The translations under genes and the position numbers were made by a program. From Guillardia theta CCMP2712 (taxonomy: Eukaryota; Protista; Cryptophyta), in the NCBI RefSeq assembly GCF_000315625.1, contig NW_005434504.1, positions 1-64,000 of the forward strand: a DNA stretch of 64,000 nt. Reading direction: 5' to 3'. The first letter of the stretch is position 1, and each line of letters opens with the position of its first letter. The notes beneath the pieces are model-generated. The model worked only from the letters and a program-made list of their open reading frames with translations. It ran no database searches and was not told where the DNA came from. Of the stretch, positions 40,503 through 51,900 are shown one piece after another.

Positions 40503-42395
40503 ATGTGTGCCGCCACGCTGCCACACAATCAATGGATCGTGCGCTATTCGCAGGTCGCGGCCTACGGCCACTGCGCCCTCCACTCCTACAACAGATCCCA
40601 GTTCCCCCTCCCCTCGTCCATCACCGTCGTGCAGGAATTCACCGTCGGACCGGTCACCGCGTTCGCCGCTCGCACCGCCGCCGATGACATCGTCATCTCT
40701 TTCGGCATCGACGAGGAGGAGGAGCGCAGCATGCTCCAGCACGGGGGACTGACTCAGCTCGCCTCCGTCTCACCCAAGTGGAGTGACAAGAGCATCAACG
40801 TCAAGGTCCACACGCCCGTCGCGGATCTGGCCCGTACCTTCATTCAATCTCCGGCGCTCGACGAGCTCTCCTCCTTCCTCCGCGCGCAACCCGCCGGCAC
40901 CTTCGTCTTCACGGGATTCTCCTTCGCGTGTAACGTCGCCGAGCTGGTCCACCTGTTCTACTGCAGATTCGGGAAGATTGGCCGCGAGCTCACCTGCGTC
41001 TTCTTCGGCCAGCCCTCCATCGGCACGATTATGTACGAGACCGTTCGCGGCGCTCACCTGCGGAGGCATTCCAATATCCCGATTCAGAAATCCATCAGCT
41101 TCTACCGCCACGATGACAACATCGGTATACTGTTTACGGGAAAGGTGCGCGGAATCTTCTACCCCGACTTTGATAGCGGGAGCACTGGTATCATCCGAAG
41201 GTCCATGGAATTCGACGGAAAGGTGCATGGCTACCCCCAGCACATCATCTCCACCGAAAGCAAGGAGGACATCCTTGGAGGGCACGACGTGGCCAAGTAT
41301 CACGAGTGCATCTGTAAGATAGAAGCTTTGGGGGATGACCGGATCGATAATATCCCATACGAGAACAAGTACAACGCATGCTTCCAATCTGCCACCACCC
41401 TCGCGCAGGAGATCAGTGAGAAACTCCTGCTCAACCCCAAGCCGTTTGTCGAGCGCATTTTCCCCGTACGCGAACCTACAGAGTATTTCCTGGCCATCAT
41501 GCATGGTAACAAGTGCATAGACGACGGGCTCAACGACGGAGAGACGAAAGATATCATCAACAGGGCAGTCTCGCAGGACCTTACCAAGCCTTTCATGGGA
41601 CTCGAGAACATCTCACTGATGAAGAAATTCATCGACCATGTCGTATTCCTCATCGAGCGCAGCATGAAAAAGGAATCCCTCCCCTTTCCAAGCACTGTCC
41701 ACAACGTTCGCGACCTTCCGGATTCGGACATCATCGCCATCTGCACCGCCATCGCCATCACGCAGGACGATCACATATTGAACTCCATCTTGCACCTGCA
41801 TGTCTTTGATATCCGCCGCAAGGCCTGCGCCATAATGGCCCATCTCCGCCTGATAGTTGATATATGCAAGTTTGCCACCAACTGGAACGTCGAGTGCATC
41901 TGGAACCCCCACTTCCAGTTCGTCACCGACCTCGACAACTACCTGATGTCTTTCTCCAACTGGCAAGACAACATCAAGTACGAGCTCGACGATTTCAAGG
42001 CAGACAAGGATTTCTGGGAACAGCTCAAACTTTATTCCGACGATTCCCGCTGCCGCTACTACTTCTTCCTCTCGCAGGAGGTCTTGAGAACCGCCACCAA
42101 GTACCAGTTGCCCATATGTGTGCGCAACCCCCTCCTGTTTTCCGAGTCGGAGATCGCGATGGAGGCGCTGCCAGCCCCGCCCGCCTCCTCTGCCGAGCCG
42201 AAGGTGCGCGAGAATCCATTCATCTTCACACCGAAGGACCTTCTCAAGGAGGAGACATTCTGGGATGACATGAAGAACTACGCGCACGAGAACAACATCG
42301 ATTACAGGTCGATACACATGCTCCGCCTCCTCTGCCGCTACATGGACAAGCACGATGTCGACATCTTTGTCTACCTCCCCCCTAGCGGTAACTGA
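40503..42395 (+). CDS. Lipase class 3-like alpha/beta-hydrolase domain protein with degenerate nucleophile elbow
   Basis: FVFTGFSFACNVAEL (cf. GHSLGG), TCVFFGQPSIG, FYRHDDNI, GGHDVAKY; helical C-terminal extension. Confidence 0.65.
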   Translation: MCAATLPHNQWIVRYSQVAAYGHCALHSYNRSQFPLPSSITVVQEFTVGPVTAFAARTAADDIVISFGIDEEEERSMLQHGGLTQLASVSPKWSDKSINVKVHTPVADLARTFIQSPALDELSSFLRAQPAGTFVFTGFSFACNVAELVHLFYCRFGKIGRELTCVFFGQPSIGTIMYETVRGAHLRRHSNIPIQKSISFYRHDDNIGILFTGKVRGIFYPDFDSGSTGIIRRSMEFDGKVHGYPQHIISTESKEDILGGHDVAKYHECICKIEALGDDRIDNIPYENKYNACFQSATTLAQEISEKLLLNPKPFVERIFPVREPTEYFLAIMHGNKCIDDGLNDGETKDIINRAVSQDLTKPFMGLENISLMKKFIDHVVFLIERSMKKESLPFPSTVHNVRDLPDSDIIAICTAIAITQDDHILNSILHLHVFDIRRKACAIMAHLRLIVDICKFATNWNVECIWNPHFQFVTDLDNYLMSFSNWQDNIKYELDDFKADKDFWEQLKLYSDDSRCRYYFFLSQEVLRTATKYQLPICVRNPLLFSESEIAMEALPAPPASSAEPKVRENPFIFTPKDLLKEETFWDDMKNYAHENNIDYRSIHMLRLLCRYMDKHDVDIFVYLPPSGN

Positions 42396-42511
42396 ATAGA
42401 GTCTTTCAAGTAATATACGAAAAAAAGGAAGAAGGGGTGTGTTTCGTCCCCAGCGCTCCGCGGGGATAATTAGGCAAGACCAGGGACGGGAAAGTCCATA
42501 GAAAGCGAGGC

Positions 42512-43213
42512 ATGATCTACCTCCTCCACCGCCTCTTCGAGGACAAGAGGCTGACCTGCGTCCTCTTGATGACCTGGATGGTGATGGTGCTGGCGATCTT
42601 CTCCGAGCTCGGGGTGACGGACTCGAACTTCATGACACTAGGGCCAGGCGAGCACTCCAAGATCATGGGGGTGGAAATCAACAGCTGGTACAAGTGGAAC
42701 TGCGTCGCCGTCTTCACCTTCGTCTCGACCTCCATCAACGACTTTGTCGGCGACGCCATCTCCCCCTGGATCCAGAACACCATCCAGGACCACAAGACCA
42801 AGTTCCTCCCCTACTCGAAGTTCACCTGCATCATGATCACGCAGATCTGGGCGCTGTACTGCTGCGTCATGAACGTCTTCGCGCTCTTCGTCATGCTCTC
42901 CCAGGTCGATTTCCTCATCATCCGCATCTGCGCCGACCTCCTCGTCAACATCTACACCAGCCTGCGGTTCATGAAGGGCAAGGTCGTCGACCCCGAGCGC
43001 TACGCCGCCTGGATGAGGGCCGAGGGACCGGGGCACGGCCAGTCCCACTGCTGCCACACCCCCGAGCCCGGTATTCTCCTCTCATCCATTGCCGTGAGAC
43101 AGGAGCACGACGAGAAAGCTGCCGAAGACAAGCATGCCAACGAGACCGAAGAGCCCGAAAGGAGGGGGAAGAGCATGGACCGCCTGTTGGTTGATATTCA
43201 CAAGCACCCTTAG
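42512..43213 (+). CDS. Multi-pass membrane protein of a type seen in large DNA viruses
   Basis: Four hydrophobic segments; LGP...IMGVEINSWYKW...PWIQNTIQDHK. Confidence 0.75.
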   Translation: MIYLLHRLFEDKRLTCVLLMTWMVMVLAIFSELGVTDSNFMTLGPGEHSKIMGVEINSWYKWNCVAVFTFVSTSINDFVGDAISPWIQNTIQDHKTKFLPYSKFTCIMITQIWALYCCVMNVFALFVMLSQVDFLIIRICADLLVNIYTSLRFMKGKVVDPERYAAWMRAEGPGHGQSHCCHTPEPGILLSSIAVRQEHDEKAAEDKHANETEEPERRGKSMDRLLVDIHKHP

Positions 43214-43896
43214 CGGTACATTCCGTTTTGGTAGTCCCGGAAAGTCGAAGCCACGTCTTGAAGGTCCGAGCGGATCGCCGCCAGTGTGTTCATGTTCAAA
43301 TCCATCGTGGTCTGAGTTGGGTCTATTGTAAGGGCTCTGATAATCTTATGATTAAGCTTGTCGTTTATCAGTAGATCCACAATTTTCTCTTTCATTCTTA
43401 CGAGTGATTCTGTAATCTTTTTCATATTATTTATCTCATCACTTAAGTTATTCAATCTAGCACGTATCACCTTCATAGTTTTCGATTTTTGGTGAATCAT
43501 ACTGGCGTGTGTGTGTTCACTACCCGTAAAACTCTGATTGTCCCATTTCTCTTCTGCTGACTCCATCATCCTTTCCAATACCAGAACTCTTTCCTTTAAT
43601 TTCTTATTTTCCTCGTTTAAGGGAAACAAATTATCTACTTTTACATTTAAATTATCCACTTTACGCATGTACGCAGATTGCTTTTGTATCTCTTCTCTAA
43701 CAAATGCCATCTGATTAGTGATCATTTGCAAATATGTTTTGGTTTTATCATGCATTATCACATCAATCTTTGCCTCCATGATTTGAATGATATCTTCCTT
43801 TAACTCATTCATCGCGCCTTTATCTAATTCACCTTCCGACTGGACATCAGATTCATAACCCCTCTCTGGAATCTCTGCACTCCCTGCCTCCGACAT
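43210..43896 (-). CDS. Coiled-coil protein, GxxR-tail family
   Basis: 228 aa; ends LAAIRSDLQDVASTFRDYQNGMYR*. Confidence 0.8.
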   Translation of the reverse strand: MSEAGSAEIPERGYESDVQSEGELDKGAMNELKEDIIQIMEAKIDVIMHDKTKTYLQMITNQMAFVREEIQKQSAYMRKVDNLNVKVDNLFPLNEENKKLKERVLVLERMMESAEEKWDNQSFTGSEHTHASMIHQKSKTMKVIRARLNNLSDEINNMKKITESLVRMKEKIVDLLINDKLNHKIIRALTIDPTQTTMDLNMNTLAAIRSDLQDVASTFRDYQNGMYR

Positions 43897-44000
43897 CCTT
43901 ACCCAAAGAACCCCAAGGTACTTTTATGCAAACCGATCGCGTACTTCACACGACGCCACGAAAAGATCTATATACATCGGAAGCAAAACATCTTGTAGAT

Positions 44001-44714
44001 ATGGCCCCAAGCTTCAGCATCAGTGAGGAGGACGGGGAGGAGACGACGAAGCCCCCACCCGAAACACGCAACGACAGCCCCCTCCGCAAGAGCCCGATCC
44101 AATGTATCTTCGTGTTCCGGCGGCCGGTGATGCTATCCGACCGGATCATCAAGCTCATGACGGGGCCCTTCGCGCACGTGGATCTGTATGTTCATCGGGA
44201 GGAGAAGCCCAACGACAGCCCGAGTCTCACCACTTTCATGGGGGAACACTTCAGCATGTCGGTGAACATGCGAAAGTCCTACAACAGCCGGGACTATGAG
44301 GGACTGCACCTTCGCCTCGACCCTGTAGAGAGCGCGAAGCTCTTCGATTACGCCATCGACCTGGTGGAACGCCGCGTGCCGTACAATTTTGCCGACCTGC
44401 TGTACCAACCGATGAAGGCCGTCCTCCCGGATAGCGGATTCTTTGAGGACGTCCCTAACGAAAGCTCCTTGCAGGTCAAAAAGGTCTTCTGCTCGCAGGC
44501 TTTCGTCCTAGCACTGCGCAACAGCCTGCACAACGACGACCTCGCCGGGGCACTCATCGACGAGAGCCCAATCCAGCGGAAGAAGCTGCTCTGGAGGCTG
44601 ATCAGCGAAAACAGCCGGCTCTGCACCCCCAGTGACCTCTACCACATCCTCAGGCCGCACTGCAGGAGGGTGGACATGGACCGGCTCCGGCACGGCCACT
44701 TGTCCTACACATAA
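44001..44714 (+). CDS. Permuted papain-like NlpC/P60 enzyme (YiiX/YebB/poxvirus G6-like)
   Basis: GPFAHVDL (His) precedes VPYN...KVFCSQAF (Cys) and TPSDLY. Confidence 0.85.
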   Translation: MAPSFSISEEDGEETTKPPPETRNDSPLRKSPIQCIFVFRRPVMLSDRIIKLMTGPFAHVDLYVHREEKPNDSPSLTTFMGEHFSMSVNMRKSYNSRDYEGLHLRLDPVESAKLFDYAIDLVERRVPYNFADLLYQPMKAVLPDSGFFEDVPNESSLQVKKVFCSQAFVLALRNSLHNDDLAGALIDESPIQRKKLLWRLISENSRLCTPSDLYHILRPHCRRVDMDRLRHGHLSYT

Positions 44715-44721
44715 TAAACAT

Positions 44722-45444
44722 TTAAGAAATGCCCACGGTGTGGCTTCTGGACTCCATCAATATAGACAGCTTCACGTGGGATACTGAGCAGCAGAAGATG
44801 CTGTACCATCTCTGCACGAGGGCGTCGTCTTCCTGGAAGAGCCTGCACAGCTGGTCGACCTCGTCTGTGTCCTGTCTCCCGACCCATACCCGCACCTGGT
44901 TTTTGACGATGTGCTCGATCTTACAACAAAACCACAAATAGAGGATGAAGGGGGAGAACTTCTGGTGCACCACAATCGAAAACGAATCCTTCCCCTGCCT
45001 TCCCACCTCCACACACATGTCCGACCTGGCTCCCGAGATGCTGCAGATGAACCACCCATTCTTGCGTCGTACGGGGGGTGCGGAACTCGTCATCACCTCC
45101 AAGCAGAGACGATATAGCTTGTCCTTCCCCTGTGTCTGCAGCGTCTCCACCATGGCTTGCACAGTCTTGATGTCACTCATCACCTGTTGCACCCCTGTAT
45201 GGACTTTGATTGCCCATGCATCGGCGTTCTCCTTGCACTGCGAAAAGTACCGCTTGTACTGGTTGTCGTCCCCGATGACCTCAAAGGCCTTGTTGCAGCA
45301 GTAATCCTTGAAGTGTTCATATGTGCTAAGACATGAGGTAGACTCCCGAAGCTCATCCTCCACCGCCACATCCTTCGTCGCACCCACGATGCCGCGCAGC
45401 TCCGATACAAAATCGGACGCACTCATCTGAGGCCGACCCGGCAT
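44722..45444 (-). CDS. Hypothetical protein
   Basis: 240-aa ORF; CSISG...C...H possible metal site. Confidence 0.75.
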   Translation of the reverse strand: MPGRPQMSASDFVSELRGIVGATKDVAVEDELRESTSCLSTYEHFKDYCCNKAFEVIGDDNQYKRYFSQCKENADAWAIKVHTGVQQVMSDIKTVQAMVETLQTQGKDKLYRLCLEVMTSSAPPVRRKNGWFICSISGARSDMCVEVGRQGKDSFSIVVHQKFSPFILYLWFCCKIEHIVKNQVRVWVGRQDTDEVDQLCRLFQEDDALVQRWYSIFCCSVSHVKLSILMESRSHTVGIS

Positions 45445-45573
45445 TGATTACCCCACGGTTGCCGTTGAGCCCCGCGACCGTTTTTTTTTTAAAAAAAATT
45501 CAAATTCCCCCTCGAGACCCTATTTTAAAAAAGAGGGTCGCCGCCGACCGTACCCTCACACCACACACCACGC

Positions 45574-45858
45574 ATGGACACTACACCGCAGCTCGCCCTC
45601 TGGCTCATCAAGTCGCTCAACGAGGACACCATATTCGTCAAGCTTGCAAGCAAGGCAGAAGGCAGCGAGGATGAGGACGACTTCGAAGGCATCCTTTCCC
45701 CGCTGCCGACCACGGTTGATCTGCAGATGCCAAATACCCCGGTGAAGAAAAGGAAGACCTTTACACCTATCCACTCGCCGGTGGCGTCTGACGCTGACTT
45801 TTCATCCCTCTCCGACTCGGACTTCTCCTCCCTCTCGGAAGCAGAGACGGGTCAATGA
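45574..45858 (+). CDS. Small acidic protein with KKRK NLS-like motif
   Basis: 94-aa ORF; TPVKKRK; DFSSLS repeated. Confidence 0.6.
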   Translation: MDTTPQLALWLIKSLNEDTIFVKLASKAEGSEDEDDFEGILSPLPTTVDLQMPNTPVKKRKTFTPIHSPVASDADFSSLSDSDFSSLSEAETGQ

Positions 45859-45927
45859 ATAATAATAAAAAAAGGATCCATCCATCACCTTGCACACCCC
45901 CGCGTCACGCACGGCAAAAACACATCG

Positions 45928-46845
45928 ATGTCCCTCTCAGGGAAGTACGACCACGTCCTGATCCACGGGGTCGTCGATCCAGCGTCCCTGCCCGCCTTTA
46001 CCGAATTCCTCATCGAGATGAGCAACTACATCGTCGCCCCGAAGAACGAGCACAGCGATGCGGTGCAGAGGGTGGCGTTCTACGGCTTCGGTGACATCCA
46101 CTTCCGCGTCTCGGTCTTCCGCCTGCTGCAGGCGTGCTTCATGGCAGAGTGGTACTGGTCCTCCGAAGTGGTGCCGCACCGTTGGGAGATGCTCGTCCAC
46201 ATCCCCACAAGGCACAACATCACGGCCGCCCAGCTCGAGCGCTTCTGCTCCTTCTGCCGCAACGGGGTCAGCTGCGACGTCATCGAGCGCGGCATCAACA
46301 ACGGGCTCGTCGTCTTCCTCGACCGCATCGACAAGGGCAAGAACCACGCGGGCTGGATGCGGCACCGCCTGCGCATCGCCTGCGACCGGCACAGGGAGCG
46401 GATGCGCATGCAAGAAGAGCGGGACAGGATACGGAGCGAGACGGGCATGGAGTTCACCACCAGCAACATGCTTTACTTCTACCACGAGTGGCAGAACACC
46501 CGCATCGACCTGCAGGCGTCCAGGGAGATGCACCAGAACTCAGAAGAGAGAATTAACCTCCTCCTCCGCAGGATCCAGGAAGAGACCAACCTCATCACCA
46601 ACCTCTGCGACATGGTCGTGAGCATCACCGAGCACATGCACGAGGACGTGCGCAACCAAACTCTGAACGACCTCAACATTCGCATTTCCAGGATCAACAC
46701 AATCAACCGCCAGATCGCTAACACCTCCTCCAACCTCCGCACCGTCTCCTCGTCCATTCCCCACGGCAGCACCATGGCTTCCGCCCTTGACCGCCTCCTC
46801 ATTGTTGTCGGATCGGACGAGGACGACGGGATGGTCTTTCAGTAA
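45928..46845 (+). CDS. Hypothetical protein with C-terminal coiled coil
   Basis: 305-aa ORF with strong codon bias. Confidence 0.8.
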   Translation: MSLSGKYDHVLIHGVVDPASLPAFTEFLIEMSNYIVAPKNEHSDAVQRVAFYGFGDIHFRVSVFRLLQACFMAEWYWSSEVVPHRWEMLVHIPTRHNITAAQLERFCSFCRNGVSCDVIERGINNGLVVFLDRIDKGKNHAGWMRHRLRIACDRHRERMRMQEERDRIRSETGMEFTTSNMLYFYHEWQNTRIDLQASREMHQNSEERINLLLRRIQEETNLITNLCDMVVSITEHMHEDVRNQTLNDLNIRISRINTINRQIANTSSNLRTVSSSIPHGSTMASALDRLLIVVGSDEDDGMVFQ

Positions 46846-46853
46846 AAAGAAAA

Positions 46854-47300
46854 TCAAAGAACCGAAGACCGCGGCTGCCGTATACAGATCAAAAGGTGTT
46901 TGTACACCCGAGGGCTCTGCTCTGACAGCGTCAGGAGGTAGTCTTGCTGATACCTCTGATCAAACATCGCGTCGTTGCTATCCAGCATCCGCCACGCCAC
47001 AAACGTCCAGTCCTGACCTCGCATCCACCGATGGCACATGCGGCAGAACACGCGGAATACGCTCCTCACACACTGGACGTGATGGACCGCCGCTTTTTCC
47101 CCCTTGTACACAACAGGGGAGACAATCTTAAGGCCCTCCGGCCCGTACGTCAGGCGCTCTTCGGAGAGGGGGCCAAAGGATTGCCCTTGCATCGCCAATT
47201 CATCCTCCCTCTGCAAGAGGTTCAAAAAATCATGGATCAGGCGGTTGTATCCCCACGGGCACTCCATCGCACTATCCAGCCTACTCTGCATATGCTGCAT
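46854..47300 (-). CDS. Hypothetical protein
   Basis: 148-aa ORF; HxxC...CxxC. Confidence 0.6.
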   Translation of the reverse strand: MQHMQSRLDSAMECPWGYNRLIHDFLNLLQREDELAMQGQSFGPLSEERLTYGPEGLKIVSPVVYKGEKAAVHHVQCVRSVFRVFCRMCHRWMRGQDWTFVAWRMLDSNDAMFDQRYQQDYLLTLSEQSPRVYKHLLICIRQPRSSVL

Positions 47301-47386
47301 ACTTTACCACCCCCCTCCCATGCACTCCCCAAATACACGGATGGAACGAAGCATTACACACAATCCATTTATTTACGATCCAGGCA

Positions 47387-47620
47387 ATGGCAAAAACAAA
47401 CAAAAACAGAAAGATGACCCCGGGGTCATCCAGAAACGGGAAGCACACGACCGCAGCCAGGCGCTTCCTCCTCGCCTTCATCCTTGCCATCTTCTCCCTG
47501 CAGATCTTCGCCATATTCATCTCTGTGCAGATCTCCCGCGCGCTGAGCAAGGTCCGCTTCCCCCGCCTCCTCCCCGAGGACATCGGCCTCCTCGTCGCCT
47601 CCAAGGCCTACACCCACTGA
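47387..47620 (+). CDS. Small single-pass membrane protein
   Basis: Basic N-terminus then FLLAFILAIFSLQIFAIFISV. Confidence 0.6.
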   Translation: MAKTNKNRKMTPGSSRNGKHTTAARRFLLAFILAIFSLQIFAIFISVQISRALSKVRFPRLLPEDIGLLVASKAYTH

Positions 47621-47622
47621 CC

Positions 47623-47862
47623 TTACAGCGTCGCGGTCTCCCTAGGGAAGCGCACGAAGCCGTGCCGGATTTTGTACGCTAGATCCATCAGGTCCTTCAT
47701 CTGGAACTCCATCTTCGTAAGAATCGCATCGCAACTCTCATCTTTATCACCGGCCTTCACACCAAACCGCACCACGGATGAATTCACCGAGCCACCAAGG
47801 CTGTCCACGTAGGCCTGGATCGCGTCAATATCCCGCAGCACGTCGCCCACAGAATCTCCCAT
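47623..47862 (-). CDS. Small helical protein, GxxR-tail family (short type)
   Basis: Ends LAYKIRHGFVRFPRETATL*; paralogue of 52741-52920. Confidence 0.75.
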   Translation of the reverse strand: MGDSVGDVLRDIDAIQAYVDSLGGSVNSSVVRFGVKAGDKDESCDAILTKMEFQMKDLMDLAYKIRHGFVRFPRETATL

Positions 47863-47903
47863 TTCCCTGCCATGCCACCACCCATCCGCATCTTAAATGC
47901 GCT

Positions 47904-48914
47904 TCATCGCACGCGGCCCGACTGGAAATCGTGCAGCGCGCTCGCCACGGTGGAGAGGCACTGCTGCAGCGCAATGAGGCGGGGCTTTAGGTCGGATTCC
48001 AGATCATCCATGGGGTGTGAATCTTCTTCAACATCTGATGCATCCTCGATCTCTTCATCAGGAGCTGGAGCTAAACGGTGTTTTCTTTCATGACCCTTAC
48101 GATATTTTTCAAATTCTTGATGGATCCGAATCAATCTCGATTCTAATTCCTTTTGTTTTTTCAAAAGCTCTGTTTTTGTTTCATTCAACGACGTTTGCAT
48201 ATTACGCTGATCCCCTCTTATATCTTTCAAAAGATTATCTTCACGAAGATTAAGCTTAGTTTCGATATCTCCATCAATTTTTGACTGGATACGTGAATCC
48301 ACTTCCAGAAGTATCTTTTGTTGATATTCGTGGAATTGCTTTTTGATATTATCAGTAAATTTCGTTTTCATATCTGTTATATTTTGATTGGTTTTCGCGA
48401 TTTGATCATTTAGATCAGATAACTCTGTATTGATTCTACTGTGGTCAGACTGCAATTGATCGACTCTACCGATATATATCGTTTCAAAGTCACTTAAGAT
48501 TTTTTCATTTGCTTTCACTTTATCAGCTATTTCATTCACCATCGTTGTAAGTTCTTGCACTGCAACGTCCGATGCATTACCACCACCTGCCGCCAACACA
48601 GTCTGGACTTTTGTTTCCATATCAGATAATGCTGCATTAATTGTGTTATGTCCAGCCTGCAATCGATCTAAACCTTCTGTGAATTCAATCTTGTTTTTCT
48701 TCATTTCATCTGTCAATTGAGTCACCGTCTTTTCAAGCTCAACAATTGTTTCTTTCAATGCAGCAACGTCAGCACTACCGGACCCCCATGCCCCTATCTG
48801 TTCATCACTCCCGGATGTCGAATCCCCGTCCCCACCGGCGGCGGCAGGGGATGGGAGTACCGATGGAACGGTGGATTGATTCCTGTTCTTACCCTTTCTA
48901 GCCCCAATCAACAT
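47904..48914 (-). CDS. Coiled-coil protein, GxxR-tail family
   Basis: ATG 48914; ends LKPRLIALQQCLSTVASALHDFQSGRVR*. Confidence 0.8.
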   Translation of the reverse strand: MLIGARKGKNRNQSTVPSVLPSPAAAGGDGDSTSGSDEQIGAWGSGSADVAALKETIVELEKTVTQLTDEMKKNKIEFTEGLDRLQAGHNTINAALSDMETKVQTVLAAGGGNASDVAVQELTTMVNEIADKVKANEKILSDFETIYIGRVDQLQSDHSRINTELSDLNDQIAKTNQNITDMKTKFTDNIKKQFHEYQQKILLEVDSRIQSKIDGDIETKLNLREDNLLKDIRGDQRNMQTSLNETKTELLKKQKELESRLIRIHQEFEKYRKGHERKHRLAPAPDEEIEDASDVEEDSHPMDDLESDLKPRLIALQQCLSTVASALHDFQSGRVR

Positions 48915-48957
48915 CCTTCCTGCACTGCCCACTGCACCCCTTAAATGCTCTCCCGCG

Positions 48958-51900
48958 CTAACGGATGAATCCGTGCTCGTACTGCCAGAAGATCTTGGAT
49001 GCCTTTTCGAGGTCGGCCTGCAGAGCACGGAGGCGGGGGGCCAGGGCTTCGTTGTACTCCTCCGCTACAGCATGGCCCTTCTCGCTGCTATCGGAGCGTG
49101 GCGGGGAGACCGTAGAAGGGCGTGCCTGCAGCGCGGTGACCTTCCCTGCCAAGTCTATCACCTCTTCCTCTAACGTTTCCAGTTTCGTATTCTTATCTTG
49201 AACCATATCCAAAGCACTCTTTGCAATGTGTTGAACATTGTTGATCCGAGTGCCCAAGTTATCGACTTCTTTCGTGATTTTATCTTTAAAGGAATTCAAC
49301 GCAGAATCATCCGTAACAACGGGTGCGGGAGGAGGGCGCTTAGAAATGGCATCCACCTTCAAATCTAGTTCACCCTGTCTCTCCTCCAATGCCTTGATGG
49401 CTTCATCCTGCCTTGCATCCACTTCCTTGACATCATCCAACGATGCTTCGAGCTCTTTCGTCTGCCGCAGTGCCCTTTCAACAAAATCGTGATGCGATTC
49501 GGCCAATTCAGACACAGCCACCACATCCTTTTGGAGGGAGTCCATACGGGCCTCCATACCGACTGTCTTCTTATGACACACCCTCTCAGCCTCCGTTCTC
49601 GCCTCTTGCAGCAATGCATCCAAATCGGGCTGGTTATTTGTAATAGCGGTATGTTGTTGTTTGACACTATCGATTTCCTGTTCAAGACCATCCACACGGA
49701 TTTTCAAACTATCCGATTCATTCTTCATTGTCTCTATTGAAGTCTGTAATTTAGTATCTTGATCACTCTGGTATTTTGCAAGCCCATGTTGTCTTTCATC
49801 GAACATCTTGGCGCCATGCTTCAATGATTCAACTTCAGTTGTAAACTCACCAATCAGATCCAGGCATTCTGCAAGCGACGATTGCACATTAGACACATCT
49901 GCCGTAATATCACGTGTCCTCTGCTCAATATTCTCCACACGAATAACCAGCTCTTCCATCTTCCCCTTCTCCAAGTCATCCCAGGCACCCGTCACGTCCG
50001 AACGCTGGCCACTCTTGTTGGAGTCGCGGCTGATTGGGCTAGGGATGCGTTGTTCCTTGACCGCCTCAATTTCCTTTTGGAGTTGTTCGATGGACGTCGC
50101 TGTATCCCCTTTGAATACATCCATCGATTGTCGCGTTCTTTCCAAATAAACCTTTACATATTTCTCCAACTCTGCAAATTTATCAACAAACACCATCACG
50201 TCCTGTATTTTTTGCTGGTACCAATGTGTTCTATTCTCAGATTTCTCCACGATGTTCTTCAAATCTTCAAATTCCTGTCGAATACCAGACACATCAAACG
50301 ACTGACCCTTGTCATGTGGTTCGTAACTATCTGGCATTGAATCCCACACATCATTCACACCCTTTTCAATCCTGACCAGTTCATTCTTGAAGAACTGCAT
50401 TGATTCATCCATGGTGACCTTCCAGGAATTCACCTCCTGGTTCAGATCAGTTTGTTTACGTCTAAAGTCTCCCCACCTATCCATCTCCAAGTCCATATTT
50501 TTCATAGTTGTGGAGAGACCGATGGTATCCCTTTGCAAGGACACAAATTTCTCGTCCCATTCCAGCTCTGACTTCTGCGCATTGTATGTAATCTCACGTA
50601 TTTTTTTGGTATGTTCACCGATCTTCTTCTGCAGTCTCTCCATCTCATCCTGTATATGTTTCGAAGCGTTGTTTCCATCGTACTGGATATCTTCTTCGAT
50701 CTCCCCGGAATCATCACCCGCTCTTGGTGGGGTGGGCGCACGACCCCGCTGCCTCACCTCATCATGAAGCTCTTCAACATTTGCAACAACACCAAGAAGG
50801 TTTGATTTTAGCTCGTCAACCTTCAAGTCAACCCTTCGCACTGCATTATCAAGACGAGGGTTGTAAACCTTTTCAAAGGCATCCTCGATGATGTCATGGC
50901 AAAACGCCTGCAGCTCACCACTCTGCTCCTTCCCACGCAGGTCCATCTCCGTCATCAGGTCTTGTTTCACCCTCTCGAGATCCTTCCTGTGTGTACCTTG
51001 GATCGTCTTCAGCTCTCCATCAAAAGCGTCTACCCTTGCCTGCAACCCCCTCATATCACGTTGGATCGAGCTGGTATCCGTGGAACGTACACCCGGGGTT
51101 GCGCCGGTAGAACTACCCTTTCCTGCATTTTGAGATATGTTCCTCTTCAATTGGTCTGCTAATTCCTTGACCTGGAATGCAAGTTTCGTGTACTTATTAT
51201 CAAGCTCAGTTCTCAACGCCGAATTGTTGTTGTCATTTTGTTGAATCGTTGATCTGTAGTCCTTCTTACACTCTCGACTCACATCCTGTATGTTCTTGTA
51301 AAGCTCAACATATTCAGCCTGCAAACCATCCAATTTGCTCCTATCAACCGCATGTCTAGCTTCAACATCTTGTACCTTCTCATCGATGTAGACTTCCAGC
51401 TTGTTTTGAAGACCAACGATCTCTGACAATATTCTGGCTGCATCCATGGATCCTCTTTCCACCTTCATATGTTGCGACTGAAGCTCCTTGACCTTATCCC
51501 CTAAGCCTTTAAGCTCTCGTTCAAGGCCTTCCATCGAAGAATTATGCTTCAAAATGACATTATCAAAACTTGTGATATTTTCACGAATCTTTCCCAGTTC
51601 AAGTTCCAAACTACTCCTGTGTTGATCCAACCCCTGTTTCATACCAGTCATTTCAGTCCTGACCTCGCGTTGAAAATTACTGACGAGTTGGCCACTCTCA
51701 AGCACACGGCGTTGAACATCGGTGACCCTGGACTCCATGCCATTCACAGACTCCCTGATTTCCTCATACGTGTTAGTGAAAACATCGATGTGATCTGCAC
51801 ATTGCTTGGTAGCCTGCCTCACAGTATCAACGTCTTGCAAGACCATCTGGTTCTTCGATTCAATCTCTTCAATCCGACGGGTAATATCGTCACGTATTTC

